Assembly (NCBI GenBank): GCA_964621085.1
Contig: CAZUKY010000001.1
Coordinates: 22,951-86,950, forward strand
Direction: 5' to 3'
Origin: an uncultured Gammaproteobacteria bacterium
Lineage (GTDB): Bacteria; Patescibacteriota; Patescibacteriia; JACQRZ01
Length of the DNA stretch: 64,000 bases
The position numbers were made by a program, and so were the translations under genes. Under the pieces are notes generated by a model. The model was given only the letters and a program-made list of their open reading frames with translations, ran no database searches and was not told the DNA's origin. Shown in pieces: positions 10,848-19,736 of the stretch; position 1 is the stretch's first letter; every line of letters begins with the position of its first letter.

Positions 10848-11729
10848 TTGAAAGGAAGGTACTCAGTGTCCAATGCAATGAGGGCTGGCCTGTACGACAG
10901 GCCCCCGCAGGCGTCACCGGATGAGCTCGACGAGCTCCGCGCCAAGTATCCGGTTAAGGAGGGCGATTGGCCTCTCTTCATCCCCTGGATCGAAGCGCTG
11001 AAGCTTTTCCCAAACCTCGTCGGCGCCCACTTCCGCCACCCCAGCATCAAGATTCTCTTCGACCCAGAAGAGGTGCAACGGTGTCAGAAAGAGACGCGCA
11101 CCGGCGAGATCGGCCTTTCCATGCGCACCCAGTTCCACGGAATGCTGACTATGCCGACCTTCAAGGACGGCAAGTACGGCATCCAGGGGCTCGCGCTGAC
11201 GCGCACCCAGATCTACGGCGGCGGCTACGCGCTGATCATCGCGCCGTTTTTCCGCTTCCGCGGAGAGGTCTGCACGGTCGTCACGAAGGCCTTTCGTCCG
11301 ACGCTCAGCGCCGTCCCGCCGGAACAAGGCGGCGGCTGGGAAATCGAAATCCCGAGCTGCGGCCATCGGCCTGACATGTCGTTCGAGCAGAGCGTTCGCG
11401 AGGAGCTGCTCAAGGAGACAAACTTCAAGGCCATCGGAGAACCGATCCGCCTAATGGAAGTCCCTGGGCCATTCGTCCCCGGGACCATGTCGGAACGGTT
11501 CATCGCGTTCGCCGTGGAAGCGGAGCCACTTCCGGAGGATGTCGAGGCCTACGACAAAAAGGAAGGTATCGTCGGCAGGGTCATCTTGCCGGTGCACTCC
11601 TTCCGCTCATTCGTGCGCAAGGGACTTTACGAAGACGGTGATGGCGTCTTCCTTGCCAGCCTTGCGCACAATCAGATCGCCGCGTTCCTCATGACGTCGG
11701 CCGGCTACTGGCCCGCCAAGATCCTGTAG
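10848..11729 (+). CDS. Hypothetical protein (weak Nudix-like stretch, unconfirmed)
   Basis: 293-aa ORF. The stretch GGGWEIE...SFEQSVREELLKETNF loosely resembles a Nudix box, but its spacing is atypical. A strong terminator follows. Confidence 0.35.
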   Translation: MKGRYSVSNAMRAGLYDRPPQASPDELDELRAKYPVKEGDWPLFIPWIEALKLFPNLVGAHFRHPSIKILFDPEEVQRCQKETRTGEIGLSMRTQFHGMLTMPTFKDGKYGIQGLALTRTQIYGGGYALIIAPFFRFRGEVCTVVTKAFRPTLSAVPPEQGGGWEIEIPSCGHRPDMSFEQSVREELLKETNFKAIGEPIRLMEVPGPFVPGTMSERFIAFAVEAEPLPEDVEAYDKKEGIVGRVILPVHSFRSFVRKGLYEDGDGVFLASLAHNQIAAFLMTSAGYWPAKIL

Positions 11730-11742
11730 CGGATCTCTTAAG

Positions 11743-11787
11743 CGGCTCCGATGCGTTAACGCGCTTCGGAGCCGTTATCTTTTTTAA
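11743..11787 (+). terminator. Rho-independent terminator
   Basis: 9-bp stem CGGCTCCGA / TCGGAGCCG followed by TTATCTTTTTT. Confidence 0.55.
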
Positions 11788-11849
11788 GAAAAGCCTGCTT
11801 TTTTTAATGACCCTTTGACGAAAAGCCTCTATTTTAAGAAGAAAATGCC

Positions 11850-11878
11850 TTGACTTTTTTGCCCGTCTGTGCTAGAAT
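11850..11878 (+). promoter_or_regulatory. Sigma70-like promoter (TTGACT, 17-nt spacer, TAGAAT)
   Basis: Near-consensus -35 and -10 elements with a 17-nt spacer, upstream of the ATG at 11921 which has an AAAGGAAAAGGG SD. Confidence 0.5.
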
Positions 11879-11920
11879 TGCGTCCGAATGCATTCCGGAT
11901 GTATTCAGAAAGGAAAAGGG

Positions 11921-13180
11921 ATGAACTTTAAAAAAAATGGATTGCCGGGCATCTGTCTAGTGATCAATGCTAACACGACTCACGCAGAGGGTACGGAGAC
12001 ATCGCTCGACCAAGCAATGTCTGCGCTGGGCGCTCTGGTCGAGGCGAAGATTCCCTTCGCATTCGGCGCCTGCCAAATCGACTACCAGCTCCAGCCGACG
12101 CTGGAGGCGGTTGCCGAAGCACCCGGTGTCTATCGCCTCACCGCCCCCAAGACACACCTTCTTCTCCAGCACGCCGATAAGGAGCGTGCAGCGTACCAAC
12201 TTGAGGGATTGGATCCGGACACGCTCCTCTTCCCTCCGGAGTACAGCGGCCCGAGCGAGAACTCGCTTCCGGAGAAGGGACTATTCCTTGTCTCGGCATA
12301 TCGCGCAACAGGGTGGAGCTTTGATCCCGAGGGTGAGCAACCCAGGATTATCCAGCCTGTTGCCGGACCCCCTCTCGCAGAACATCCGGCCATCAAGGTC
12401 GGTGGACGCACGGGTATCGTTATGCGGGGCTACGAGGACCTTCTCTACGGCCCGGAAGGGTACTACGAAGCGCAGCGGCAGCCGCAGACGCATATCGATA
12501 TCTTCCTGGATCACGCCTTGCACCTCGTTGCCTCCCGGCCGTGGCCGATGATTATGAACATCGATTTCGAGGGCGCGTACCTCTGGCCGGACGGTGATCG
12601 CTTTTGGCAACTCTTCGCAGCAAAGCTCGCCAAGCACGAGCTGCGCAAGTGGATCCTTCCCATGGATCGCGTCATCGAGTGGGCTGCACCGAGGGCGATC
12701 GAGGCGCCGATGCCAAAGATCGTCACACACAAGTGGGTCGGCCTGCCAGATCAAGACGCGTTCCGTGCGGATAAGATCCGCCTGAAGCCAAGCTGGCGAA
12801 AGCTCGATGACTACGAACTGCGAGTCGCATCAATCGCTGATACATCGGACATCCCCGCTGCGATGCGCAACAGGGAACGGCTTACCAGCAAACGTGTGGT
12901 GCCGTTCCCTGCCTACGGTCTCGACGGTGTGGAGCGTCAAGTCATCATCGAGAAGCGCAATGACTGGCTTATCGACCTTGGTTTCGAATGCCTCAGACAC
13001 CTTCGTCGTCGCCAGGATTATCTCGCGCAACGGCGAAAGGGGCGCTCGGACCTTGCTGTGCCGATGCCCTTTTCGGAGATCTGCGAAGGTCTCGCCCACA
13101 AGCACAACTCAGAGGTTCTCCGGCGCCTCTCTGCAATAACTCGAGAGTGGTCAGTAATCGACGAGATCGACCCTCTCTAG
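11921..13180 (+). CDS. Hypothetical protein
   Basis: About 420-aa ORF with its own promoter, SD and terminator; no recognisable domain. Confidence 0.5.
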   Translation: MNFKKNGLPGICLVINANTTHAEGTETSLDQAMSALGALVEAKIPFAFGACQIDYQLQPTLEAVAEAPGVYRLTAPKTHLLLQHADKERAAYQLEGLDPDTLLFPPEYSGPSENSLPEKGLFLVSAYRATGWSFDPEGEQPRIIQPVAGPPLAEHPAIKVGGRTGIVMRGYEDLLYGPEGYYEAQRQPQTHIDIFLDHALHLVASRPWPMIMNIDFEGAYLWPDGDRFWQLFAAKLAKHELRKWILPMDRVIEWAAPRAIEAPMPKIVTHKWVGLPDQDAFRADKIRLKPSWRKLDDYELRVASIADTSDIPAAMRNRERLTSKRVVPFPAYGLDGVERQVIIEKRNDWLIDLGFECLRHLRRRQDYLAQRRKGRSDLAVPMPFSEICEGLAHKHNSEVLRRLSAITREWSVIDEIDPL

Positions 13181-13196
13181 ACCAATGTTCCTTTCT

Positions 13197-13225
13197 GGCC
13201 CAGCCCTAAAAGCTGGGCCATTGTA
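13197..13225 (+). terminator. Rho-independent terminator
   Basis: GGCCCAGC-CCTAAAA-GCTGGGCC hairpin followed by a U-rich tract. Confidence 0.5.
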
Positions 13226-13405
13226 TTTAAGTGAGGCTCTACTGCACCTGAGAGCCGCGGCCAAAGAAAAAATGGCGCATCCAAAGCCCGACTGCCCCTT
13301 CAGCGGCCGGGCTCAATTTTTGAGTAGGGCCAATCTCTTCTCTTGCAATTTTCATCAAACTATGCCAGTATATGGCTATAGGTACCTAACCACCCATTTT
13401 CGGTT

Positions 13406-13693
13406 ATGAAAAAGGATATTCATCCGGACTATTTCTCCGATGCCAAGATCGCGTGCGCGTGTGGCACTACCCTGACCATCGGTTCGACTGCGCAGAATAT
13501 TACAGTCGAGCTCTGCTCGGCATGTCACCCGTTTTACACCGGCAAGCAGAAGCTTGTGGACACTGCGGGACGTGTTGAGAAGTTCGCCCGCCGCGTCGCT
13601 GCAAAAACGGAAAAGTCGGCAACCCGTATCGGTAAGACTGCAAAAAAGGAACGCGAGGCGAAAAAGCGATCGGAAAAGTCCAAGGAAGCTTAA
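13406..13693 (+). CDS. rpmE: 50S ribosomal protein L31
   Basis: MKKDIHPDY... with CxxC...CHPFYTGKQ zinc motifs. Confidence 0.9.
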   Translation: MKKDIHPDYFSDAKIACACGTTLTIGSTAQNITVELCSACHPFYTGKQKLVDTAGRVEKFARRVAAKTEKSATRIGKTAKKEREAKKRSEKSKEA

Positions 13694-13711
13694 CGCACGT
13701 CCTCTTTGAAA

Positions 13712-13756
13712 ACATCATAACTGACTATAGGTTATGATGTTTTCTTTTACACGATA
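13712..13756 (+). terminator. Rho-independent terminator after rpmE
   Basis: Perfect 13-bp inverted repeat AAAACATCATAAC / GTTATGATGTTTT followed by CTTTT. Confidence 0.7.
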
Positions 13757-13758
13757 AT

Positions 13759-14814
13759 ATGTATCAGGATCAGTTGAAAAAATTGGAAACGCGCATTTGC
13801 GAACTCGAGCAGTTACTTGCCGATCCTGCTGGTATGCAGGACACGAAACGCTATAGCGATTTTTCTCGTGAGTTTAGCGAGGTAAGCGAGATGCGCGCAA
13901 AAATGATCGAGCACGACCGCGTATGTCGTGCGCTTTCTGATGCGCGTCAGGTTCTTGCCGATGGCGATCCGGAACTTTCGTCACTCGCCCAGGCGGAAAT
14001 TCAGGATCTTGAAAAAAAAGAGAAAACGCTCTTAGATGAGATAGAGGAATATCTGTCTCCCTCTGACCCGCTCGATAAAAAGAATATTATCGTCGAGATT
14101 CGTGCGGGGGTTGGCGGTGACGAGTCCGCGCTTTTTGCTGCCGAGCTCTTTCGCATGTACACGCTCGCTGCAGAAAAAAAGGGCTGGCGCGTCACATTGA
14201 TTGACGCAAATCGCATCGGCATCGGCGGACTGAAGGAGGTCATTTTCCAAATCAACGGTGCGAACGCCTACCGGTATTTCAAGTTCGAGAGCGGCGTCCA
14301 CCGGGTACAGCGCGTGCCGGAAACGGAAAAAAGCGGGCGCGTCCACACCTCCACTGTGACCGTCGCGGTACTGCCGGAGGCCGAAGAGATTGATGTGAAA
14401 GTCGATCCAAAAGACCTGCGCATCGATACCTTCTGTTCCGGAGGAGCCGGCGGACAGTCAGTCAACACGACCTACTCGGCCGTCCGCATCACGCATATAC
14501 CAACAGGAATCGTCGTCTCATGCCAAGACGAGCGTTCGCAGCAGCAGAATAAGGAGCGCGCCATGATCGTTCTTCGCTCGCGGCTTCTGGCGGCAGAACA
14601 GGAGAAGAAAGAAAAGGAGCTGACGGAAGCCCGGCGCAGCATGGTCGGAAGCGGCGACCGCTCCGAAAAAATCCGCACATACAACTTCCCGCAGGATCGC
14701 ATCACCGACCACCGCATCAAAGAAAATTGGCACAACATCGCCGAAATTCTGAACGGAAACCTCGATCCCGTAATCGCAAAACTCACTGAAGAAGAAAAGA
14801 AATTACACGTGTAA
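13759..14814 (+). CDS. prfA: Peptide chain release factor 1
   Basis: GGQ motif ([12 protein letters not shown]) and an RF1-type PxT tripeptide context ([14 protein letters not shown]). Confidence 0.92.
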   Translation: MYQDQLKKLETRICELEQLLADPAGMQDTKRYSDFSREFSEVSEMRAKMIEHDRVCRALSDARQVLADGDPELSSLAQAEIQDLEKKEKTLLDEIEEYLSPSDPLDKKNIIVEIRAGVGGDESALFAAELFRMYTLAAEKKGWRVTLIDANRIGIGGLKEVIFQINGANAYRYFKFESGVHRVQRVPETEKSGRVHTSTVTVAVLPEAEEIDVKVDPKDLRIDTFCSGGAGGQSVNTTYSAVRITHIPTGIVVSCQDERSQQQNKERAMIVLRSRLLAAEQEKKEKELTEARRSMVGSGDRSEKIRTYNFPQDRITDHRIKENWHNIAEILNGNLDPVIAKLTEEEKKLHV

Positions 14815-14826
14815 TTTACCGATCCT

Positions 14827-15966
14827 ATGGAGACGTCGCCAGAATCACAAATCGCGCTCAGTGGAAGAGGCGTGTTGCCCTATCAACATATCAAGCGCAT
14901 GGTCGAGGCAGGCGAGCTCCAAAATATCGCGCCAGAAAACGTTCGGCCTGCATCCCTCGACCTGACACTTACGTCCGAGATTTACCGCTTGGACGAGATG
15001 TTTCTTCCGCGCAAGGGTGAGACAATTCGGGATATTCTTCGGTCGGTCAATGCGACTGATCACGATCCGCGAAGTCCAATGGAACGGAATGTTCTCTACC
15101 TCGCCCGTCTCCGCGAACAACTGCACCTGCCCCCGCACGTTTGGGGATCGTGCAATCCGAAATCATCAACCGGGCGCGTGGATATCCAAGTCCGCGTACT
15201 GGCAGACGGAGTGGCGCGGTATGACACGGTCAGTCATGGGTTTCATGGCGAACTTTGGCTTCTCATGAGCCCGAAATCCTTTCCTGTCAAAATAAAAATC
15301 GGCGACTCGCTTTCCCAGCTTCGCTTCTGCGACTCGGATACGGCACGCTTAACGCAAGAAGACCTCGAGCGCGTCTCTGCGCAATCCCCATTTCTCTGGG
15401 ACCGCGCCGGAAATCCATTACCGCTCATTGCCGACGATCGCTCGTCAGACAATGACGGCACGCTCATCATGAATATCGATGTCACGCGCGATCTTGTCGG
15501 TTGGGAATGCCTCGGACTGAACCGCGTTCTTGACCTTGGTATGCTGAGTCATTATCAGCCAAGCGATTTTTTTCGTCCGCTGCATCGCACAAACGGCGCA
15601 ATCCGTCTCCGCAACAACGCATTTTACATTTTGTATACGCGCGAGCGCCTCAAGATAGCGCCGCAGCTTGCTAGCGAGATGATTCCGATGGACGAACGGT
15701 CGGGCGAATTCCGTACGCACTACGCCGGCTTTTTCGATCCCGGCTGGGGCTGGGGAAAACATGGCGAAGCAGTTGGTCGCTCCATTGTTCTTGAGATACG
15801 ACCCTTTGAGGATATCGTCCTGCGCGACGACCAGCCGGTCGGAAAGGTTCGCTTCGAGTATATGGCCGCCTGCCCCGAGCTTTCGTATGATCAGATGGCG
15901 GACTCCAACTACAGCATCGAGGCGCAGACCCCGAAACTTTCAAAACACTTTGTCCCGCAGCAATAA
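14827..15966 (+). CDS. dCTP deaminase-family protein, long form (about 370 aa)
   Basis: N-terminus LPYQHIKRMVEAGELQNIAPENVRPASLDLTL resembles the dCTP deaminase/dUTPase-fold N-terminal region. Its length is consistent with the long DCD family. Inserted between prfA and prmC. Confidence 0.55.
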   Translation: METSPESQIALSGRGVLPYQHIKRMVEAGELQNIAPENVRPASLDLTLTSEIYRLDEMFLPRKGETIRDILRSVNATDHDPRSPMERNVLYLARLREQLHLPPHVWGSCNPKSSTGRVDIQVRVLADGVARYDTVSHGFHGELWLLMSPKSFPVKIKIGDSLSQLRFCDSDTARLTQEDLERVSAQSPFLWDRAGNPLPLIADDRSSDNDGTLIMNIDVTRDLVGWECLGLNRVLDLGMLSHYQPSDFFRPLHRTNGAIRLRNNAFYILYTRERLKIAPQLASEMIPMDERSGEFRTHYAGFFDPGWGWGKHGEAVGRSIVLEIRPFEDIVLRDDQPVGKVRFEYMAACPELSYDQMADSNYSIEAQTPKLSKHFVPQQ

Positions 15967-15984
15967 ATTTTCATCGCGCATGAC

Positions 15985-16833
15985 ATGAGACTGGATACCC
16001 TTCTTTTGTCTGCAGTGCGCATACTGAAAAAGGCGCGCATTTCAACGGCGGACCTTGATGCAGAGATCCTGTTGAGTGCTGCGCTGAAGCGCGATCGCTC
16101 GTTTCTTTTTGCACACCCAGAATACATCGCTTCGCACAAAGAGGTTACTGTCTTTGCAAAACACATTGCGTATCGCTCGCGGAGGATCCCTGTCGCGTAT
16201 ATTCTCGGTTACAAGGAATTCTACCGCCTTTCTTTTCATGTTTCGCAGGCTGTTCTGATCCCCCGCCCAGAAACCGAACTCTTGGTCGATGAGGCACTCC
16301 GTATCATCGCTGAAAATCCGGACATTCGGCACATTGTTGATATCGGTACAGGTTCGGGATGCATTCCGATCGCTATTGCGAAAAACGCCGGCAGACCGAT
16401 CGACATACGCGCATATGACACCTCGCAAATAGCGCTATCAATCGCACGCAAAAATGCGAAACGCAATTCCGTATCGGTCCGCTTCACTGTCGGAGATCTT
16501 TTGGTTCGCCACACAGGCACAATCGATCTTCTGTGCGCAAATCTTCCCTATCTATCACAAACTGAGTATCGGGCAGCCGTAAAAAAATATCCTGAACTGA
16601 AAACCGAGCCAAAAAGCGCGCTCGTTGCCCGAGAACATGGGCATGCGCTCAATACCACGCTTTTGAAACAGGCGGCTCGAAAGATGGATCACGGCTTCAT
16701 TCTTTTGGAAATCGGCGCATCTCAAGGGAACGAAATGAAGAAGCGTGCACAGACGCTTTTCCTGAAATCAAAGATTGAGATCGTCAAGGATCTTGCTGGT
16801 CGTTCGCGTGTTTTAAAAATTCAGGTCAGCTAG
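15985..16833 (+). CDS. prmC: Release factor glutamine methyltransferase PrmC/HemK
   Basis: SAM-binding VDIGTGSGCI and an NLPY variant of the NPPY motif. Directly downstream of prfA. Confidence 0.85.
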   Translation: MRLDTLLLSAVRILKKARISTADLDAEILLSAALKRDRSFLFAHPEYIASHKEVTVFAKHIAYRSRRIPVAYILGYKEFYRLSFHVSQAVLIPRPETELLVDEALRIIAENPDIRHIVDIGTGSGCIPIAIAKNAGRPIDIRAYDTSQIALSIARKNAKRNSVSVRFTVGDLLVRHTGTIDLLCANLPYLSQTEYRAAVKKYPELKTEPKSALVAREHGHALNTTLLKQAARKMDHGFILLEIGASQGNEMKKRAQTLFLKSKIEIVKDLAGRSRVLKIQVS

Positions 16834-17389
16834 TGCTCAAAAGAGGGTCAAGAATTGCATCAATTTTTTTGAAAAGCTCCTGCTCGGTGCCAGTGTTTTC
16901 AATAACGAAATCAGCTACAGTCTTTAGCGACTCAATCTCGCGCTCGGCTTCGTCCTGATCCTTAATAAGAAACGTATCATACGTCATCTCTGCGTCGCCG
17001 GCGTCGCGGAGCCTGGCACGCATCCACTCGTACCGTTGCTTCACCGGCGAATCGATATACACGAGATAAAAATCGAATAACTTCTTCAGGCGGTCAAAAT
17101 CGCTGGGTCGTCGCAGGCCACCGAGAAGAATGGCGTGCGAGTACGATTGTCTGATTTTTTTAAGTATTGCACGCTCGATCACATCCTGACCATACGTCTC
17201 GCGGAGAAACCTCGAGAGCTTCTGATACATTTCGCGCGACGCTTGTATATTAAAAAGCTCAAACGTTTCCTTCAGTGCGAGTTTGTACTCAATCTCGGGG
17301 AGCCCGTATCGCGAAATTATATGCTCAATCGCCCGACCCTTGCCTGATGCGATCTTGCCGGTGAAGGCAATGATTTTTTTCCGAACCAT
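16826..17389 (-). CDS. NMP-kinase-like P-loop protein (adenylate/cytidylate kinase family-like)
   Basis: GKIASGKG Walker A and an LGGLRR motif resembling the NMP-binding DGFPR motif. Paralog of the next gene. Confidence 0.55.
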   Translation of the reverse strand: MVRKKIIAFTGKIASGKGRAIEHIISRYGLPEIEYKLALKETFELFNIQASREMYQKLSRFLRETYGQDVIERAILKKIRQSYSHAILLGGLRRPSDFDRLKKLFDFYLVYIDSPVKQRYEWMRARLRDAGDAEMTYDTFLIKDQDEAEREIESLKTVADFVIENTGTEQELFKKIDAILDPLLSTS

Positions 17390-17415
17390 AAAGATAAAAA
17401 GCCCGTGCGGGCTTT

Positions 17416-17979
17416 TTAGTGATTGGTATTGAGAGTCTTTTCGAGTGCGGCTTGTATGGCGACCGCAAACTCCTCGGGTGTGCCGTTGTTGTTGATTAGA
17501 ATATCGGCGTAGGGTTTCAATTCGTCGATCTGCTGCTCGGGCTCTGCGGAATCGGCTTTCTGGAACTGCTCAAACGTCATCTCTGCATCTCCCGCATTCT
17601 CATTTCGCAGTACGCACCGTTTCCACCGGATGTGTTGGTCGACGTCCACAAAAATGAAAGTGAAATTCGGAAGCATTTTGAAGGTTTCGATATCAATGAG
17701 CCTGCGCATCCCGTCAAAAATAGCGATATCAGCCGTCGATTCCTGACACGCTTTCAGCACTGCATTGGCAATCGTGTTTTCACCGTATGTTTCGCGCAGA
17801 AAATGCGAAAGATCCCTGAGATTATCGCGCGATTGCGGAACATCAAAAATATCCAAAACCTGTCGCAGCGGCGCTGACGAGCCATGCCGCGTAGCACTGA
17901 AATGTTCGAGGATGTACTTTGCAACAGTCCCCTTGCCGGATGCCATCCGTCCGGCAACCCCGATAATCACTTTGGGCAT
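17416..17979 (-). CDS. NMP-kinase-like P-loop protein, tandem paralog
   Basis: GRMASGKGT Walker A, FDGMRR, and FLRETYG shared with the previous gene. Probable start at MPKVIIG (17979), just after the rplY stop. Confidence 0.55.
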   Translation of the reverse strand: MPKVIIGVAGRMASGKGTVAKYILEHFSATRHGSSAPLRQVLDIFDVPQSRDNLRDLSHFLRETYGENTIANAVLKACQESTADIAIFDGMRRLIDIETFKMLPNFTFIFVDVDQHIRWKRCVLRNENAGDAEMTFEQFQKADSAEPEQQIDELKPYADILINNNGTPEEFAVAIQAALEKTLNTNH

Positions 17980-17986
17980 AGGCGAA

Positions 17987-18643
17987 TTATTTTTCCTCCT
18001 CTTCTTTCTTGCCTTTTTCTGAAGCGACTTCGACATTTGCGACATCCTCAACCGGCTTCTCTTCAAGTGCCTTGAGCTGCTCTTCTGTCATCGGCGCAGA
18101 TACCGAGGCGACGATCACATCCGCCTCATCGAGAACCTCGAGCCCTTTCGGCAGCTTCAGATCGCTGACCGTAATATGATCTTCGAATGTAGCAAGCGGC
18201 GTAAGGTCCACCTCGATTTCATGCACAAGATCGCCCGGAAGACAGCGAACTTCAACCTCATCGAGACTCTTCACCAGAGTGCCGCCCAACTCTTTCACCG
18301 CCTTTGCCTCTCCGACAAAAATAAGCGGAACGTTTGTCGTCAGCTTTTCCGTCATTCGGACTTGGTAAAAATCAACGTGCAAAAAACGTCCCTTTACCGG
18401 GTCGTGCTGAACCTCGTGAATAAGTGTTTTTATGGGCTGGCCATTATCGATGACGAGATCGACAAGACTTGTCTCACCAGCTGAACGATAGGCTCGCTCG
18501 AACGTGTTATACGCAAGCGAAATATTTATCGGTTGGCAGTCGCGGCCATAGACGACAGCCGGAATGACGCCGGAGTCGCGGAGCGCTGCAACACCCTTGC
18601 CGGTTTCGTTTCGTGCTTGTGCGTGAAGAAGGATGGTTTCCAT
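17987..18643 (-). CDS. rplY: 50S ribosomal protein L25 / general stress protein Ctc
   Basis: L25 N-domain (ARNETGKGVAALRDSGVIPAVVYG) plus a C-terminal extension with an acidic tail. Confidence 0.85.
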   Translation of the reverse strand: METILLHAQARNETGKGVAALRDSGVIPAVVYGRDCQPINISLAYNTFERAYRSAGETSLVDLVIDNGQPIKTLIHEVQHDPVKGRFLHVDFYQVRMTEKLTTNVPLIFVGEAKAVKELGGTLVKSLDEVEVRCLPGDLVHEIEVDLTPLATFEDHITVSDLKLPKGLEVLDEADVIVASVSAPMTEEQLKALEEKPVEDVANVEVASEKGKKEEEEK

Positions 18644-18780
18644 ATGGACAATATATCATTATTGCTTACCGTTCTTGCATCCACTATCTATGCGAAGGGG
18701 AATTTCTCCATAGATATCAAGTGCAAGAACGGCCGCCCCACCTCAGAAGGCGAGGCGGCCGCGATGTCAGTACTTCGGCG

Positions 18781-19494
18781 CTAGGCAGGGATCCGGTCGC
18801 GGCGCGTCCGCAGGTACCCACGCTCGAGAAGCTCGGATGCGGTCCGGGCAGCTTCGCGCGGGAGCCATAGGCAGCCGGCTGACCGCTCGGTGCGGAGTTT
18901 CCCGATCTGGTCGAGGAGCCGATCGATGACGAAGATCTCGATCGTGTGTCCGGGATCGGTCGGCCGCATGAAGACGGCTGTCATGTTTCCATCTACCGGC
19001 ATGCGCTGATATACGGTGTAGCGCACCTGGAGGCGCGGCTGGGTATCCGGGAGCACGTTCAGAAGCGTGATGAGCTCCTGGTCCGTGACACCGAGCGCTT
19101 CGATGAAGTGGAGAAGCGGAACCCAGTACCGCTTCTCGTTGGCGTCCGGGAAGTAATCGAACGCCGTCTGCGTCGTGGGAAGCTGTGCCTTCACGTCGCC
19201 ATCCAAGAGGACGACTTTGCGCGAGGACCGTGCGCGGCGCGTGCGCTCGTGCGTGACGAGCGCGGTGAACGGCCGCTGGTGGAAGTAGGCGTCGAGTCGC
19301 TCCCCGGTCGGACTCTGCCACGCCGGAATCGGGATGCGGTGGGGTTCCGCATGTCGCTTCTGCGTCAGGAATACCGGTTCGTTCTGCGCCTCGTCTGCCG
19401 TAATGGCCGTGAGGAACATGCCGGGCCGGAAGAGGTCATCGGCCTCGGCCAAAAGAATTCGTGCGATTTCTGCTGTGTCTCGAGCTGTGATCAA
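18781..19494 (-). CDS. Hypothetical protein (GC-rich insert)
   Basis: 237-aa ORF in a GC-rich segment between rplY and the SEDS gene. A second long ORF in the same region on this strand is probably spurious. Confidence 0.35.
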   Translation of the reverse strand: MITARDTAEIARILLAEADDLFRPGMFLTAITADEAQNEPVFLTQKRHAEPHRIPIPAWQSPTGERLDAYFHQRPFTALVTHERTRRARSSRKVVLLDGDVKAQLPTTQTAFDYFPDANEKRYWVPLLHFIEALGVTDQELITLLNVLPDTQPRLQVRYTVYQRMPVDGNMTAVFMRPTDPGHTIEIFVIDRLLDQIGKLRTERSAGCLWLPREAARTASELLERGYLRTRRDRIPA

Positions 19495-19736
19495 GTTTCC
19501 CTCCCCTGAGAAACGCGAGGCATCCGCTTACCTACTCGTGCGGTTTCAACCGCGGGACATCCGCCAGTCGCCTCTTACCCGACGGCAGCGATGATGGAGA
19601 CGCTTGCCCATCTCCCGCACCAGTGCCGTCGGATAAGACTGAAATTATAGAGAACAATAAAATACATGCCCTATCCATGAGCATATATCTCATTAATATC
19701 AAACAAACCCATGAATGTCAAGGGATTGAGCCGCCC

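Noticed and set aside
12281-12754. Several 70-160-aa antisense ORFs inside the 11921-13180 gene
   Set aside because: Typical spurious frames in about 62% GC DNA. They have no signals and lie inside a gene with its own promoter and terminator.
19495-19736. Possible tRNA in the spacer upstream of the GC-rich ORF
   Set aside because: A cloverleaf could not be folded; candidate T-arm-like hairpins have wrong loop sizes and no matching acceptor stem.
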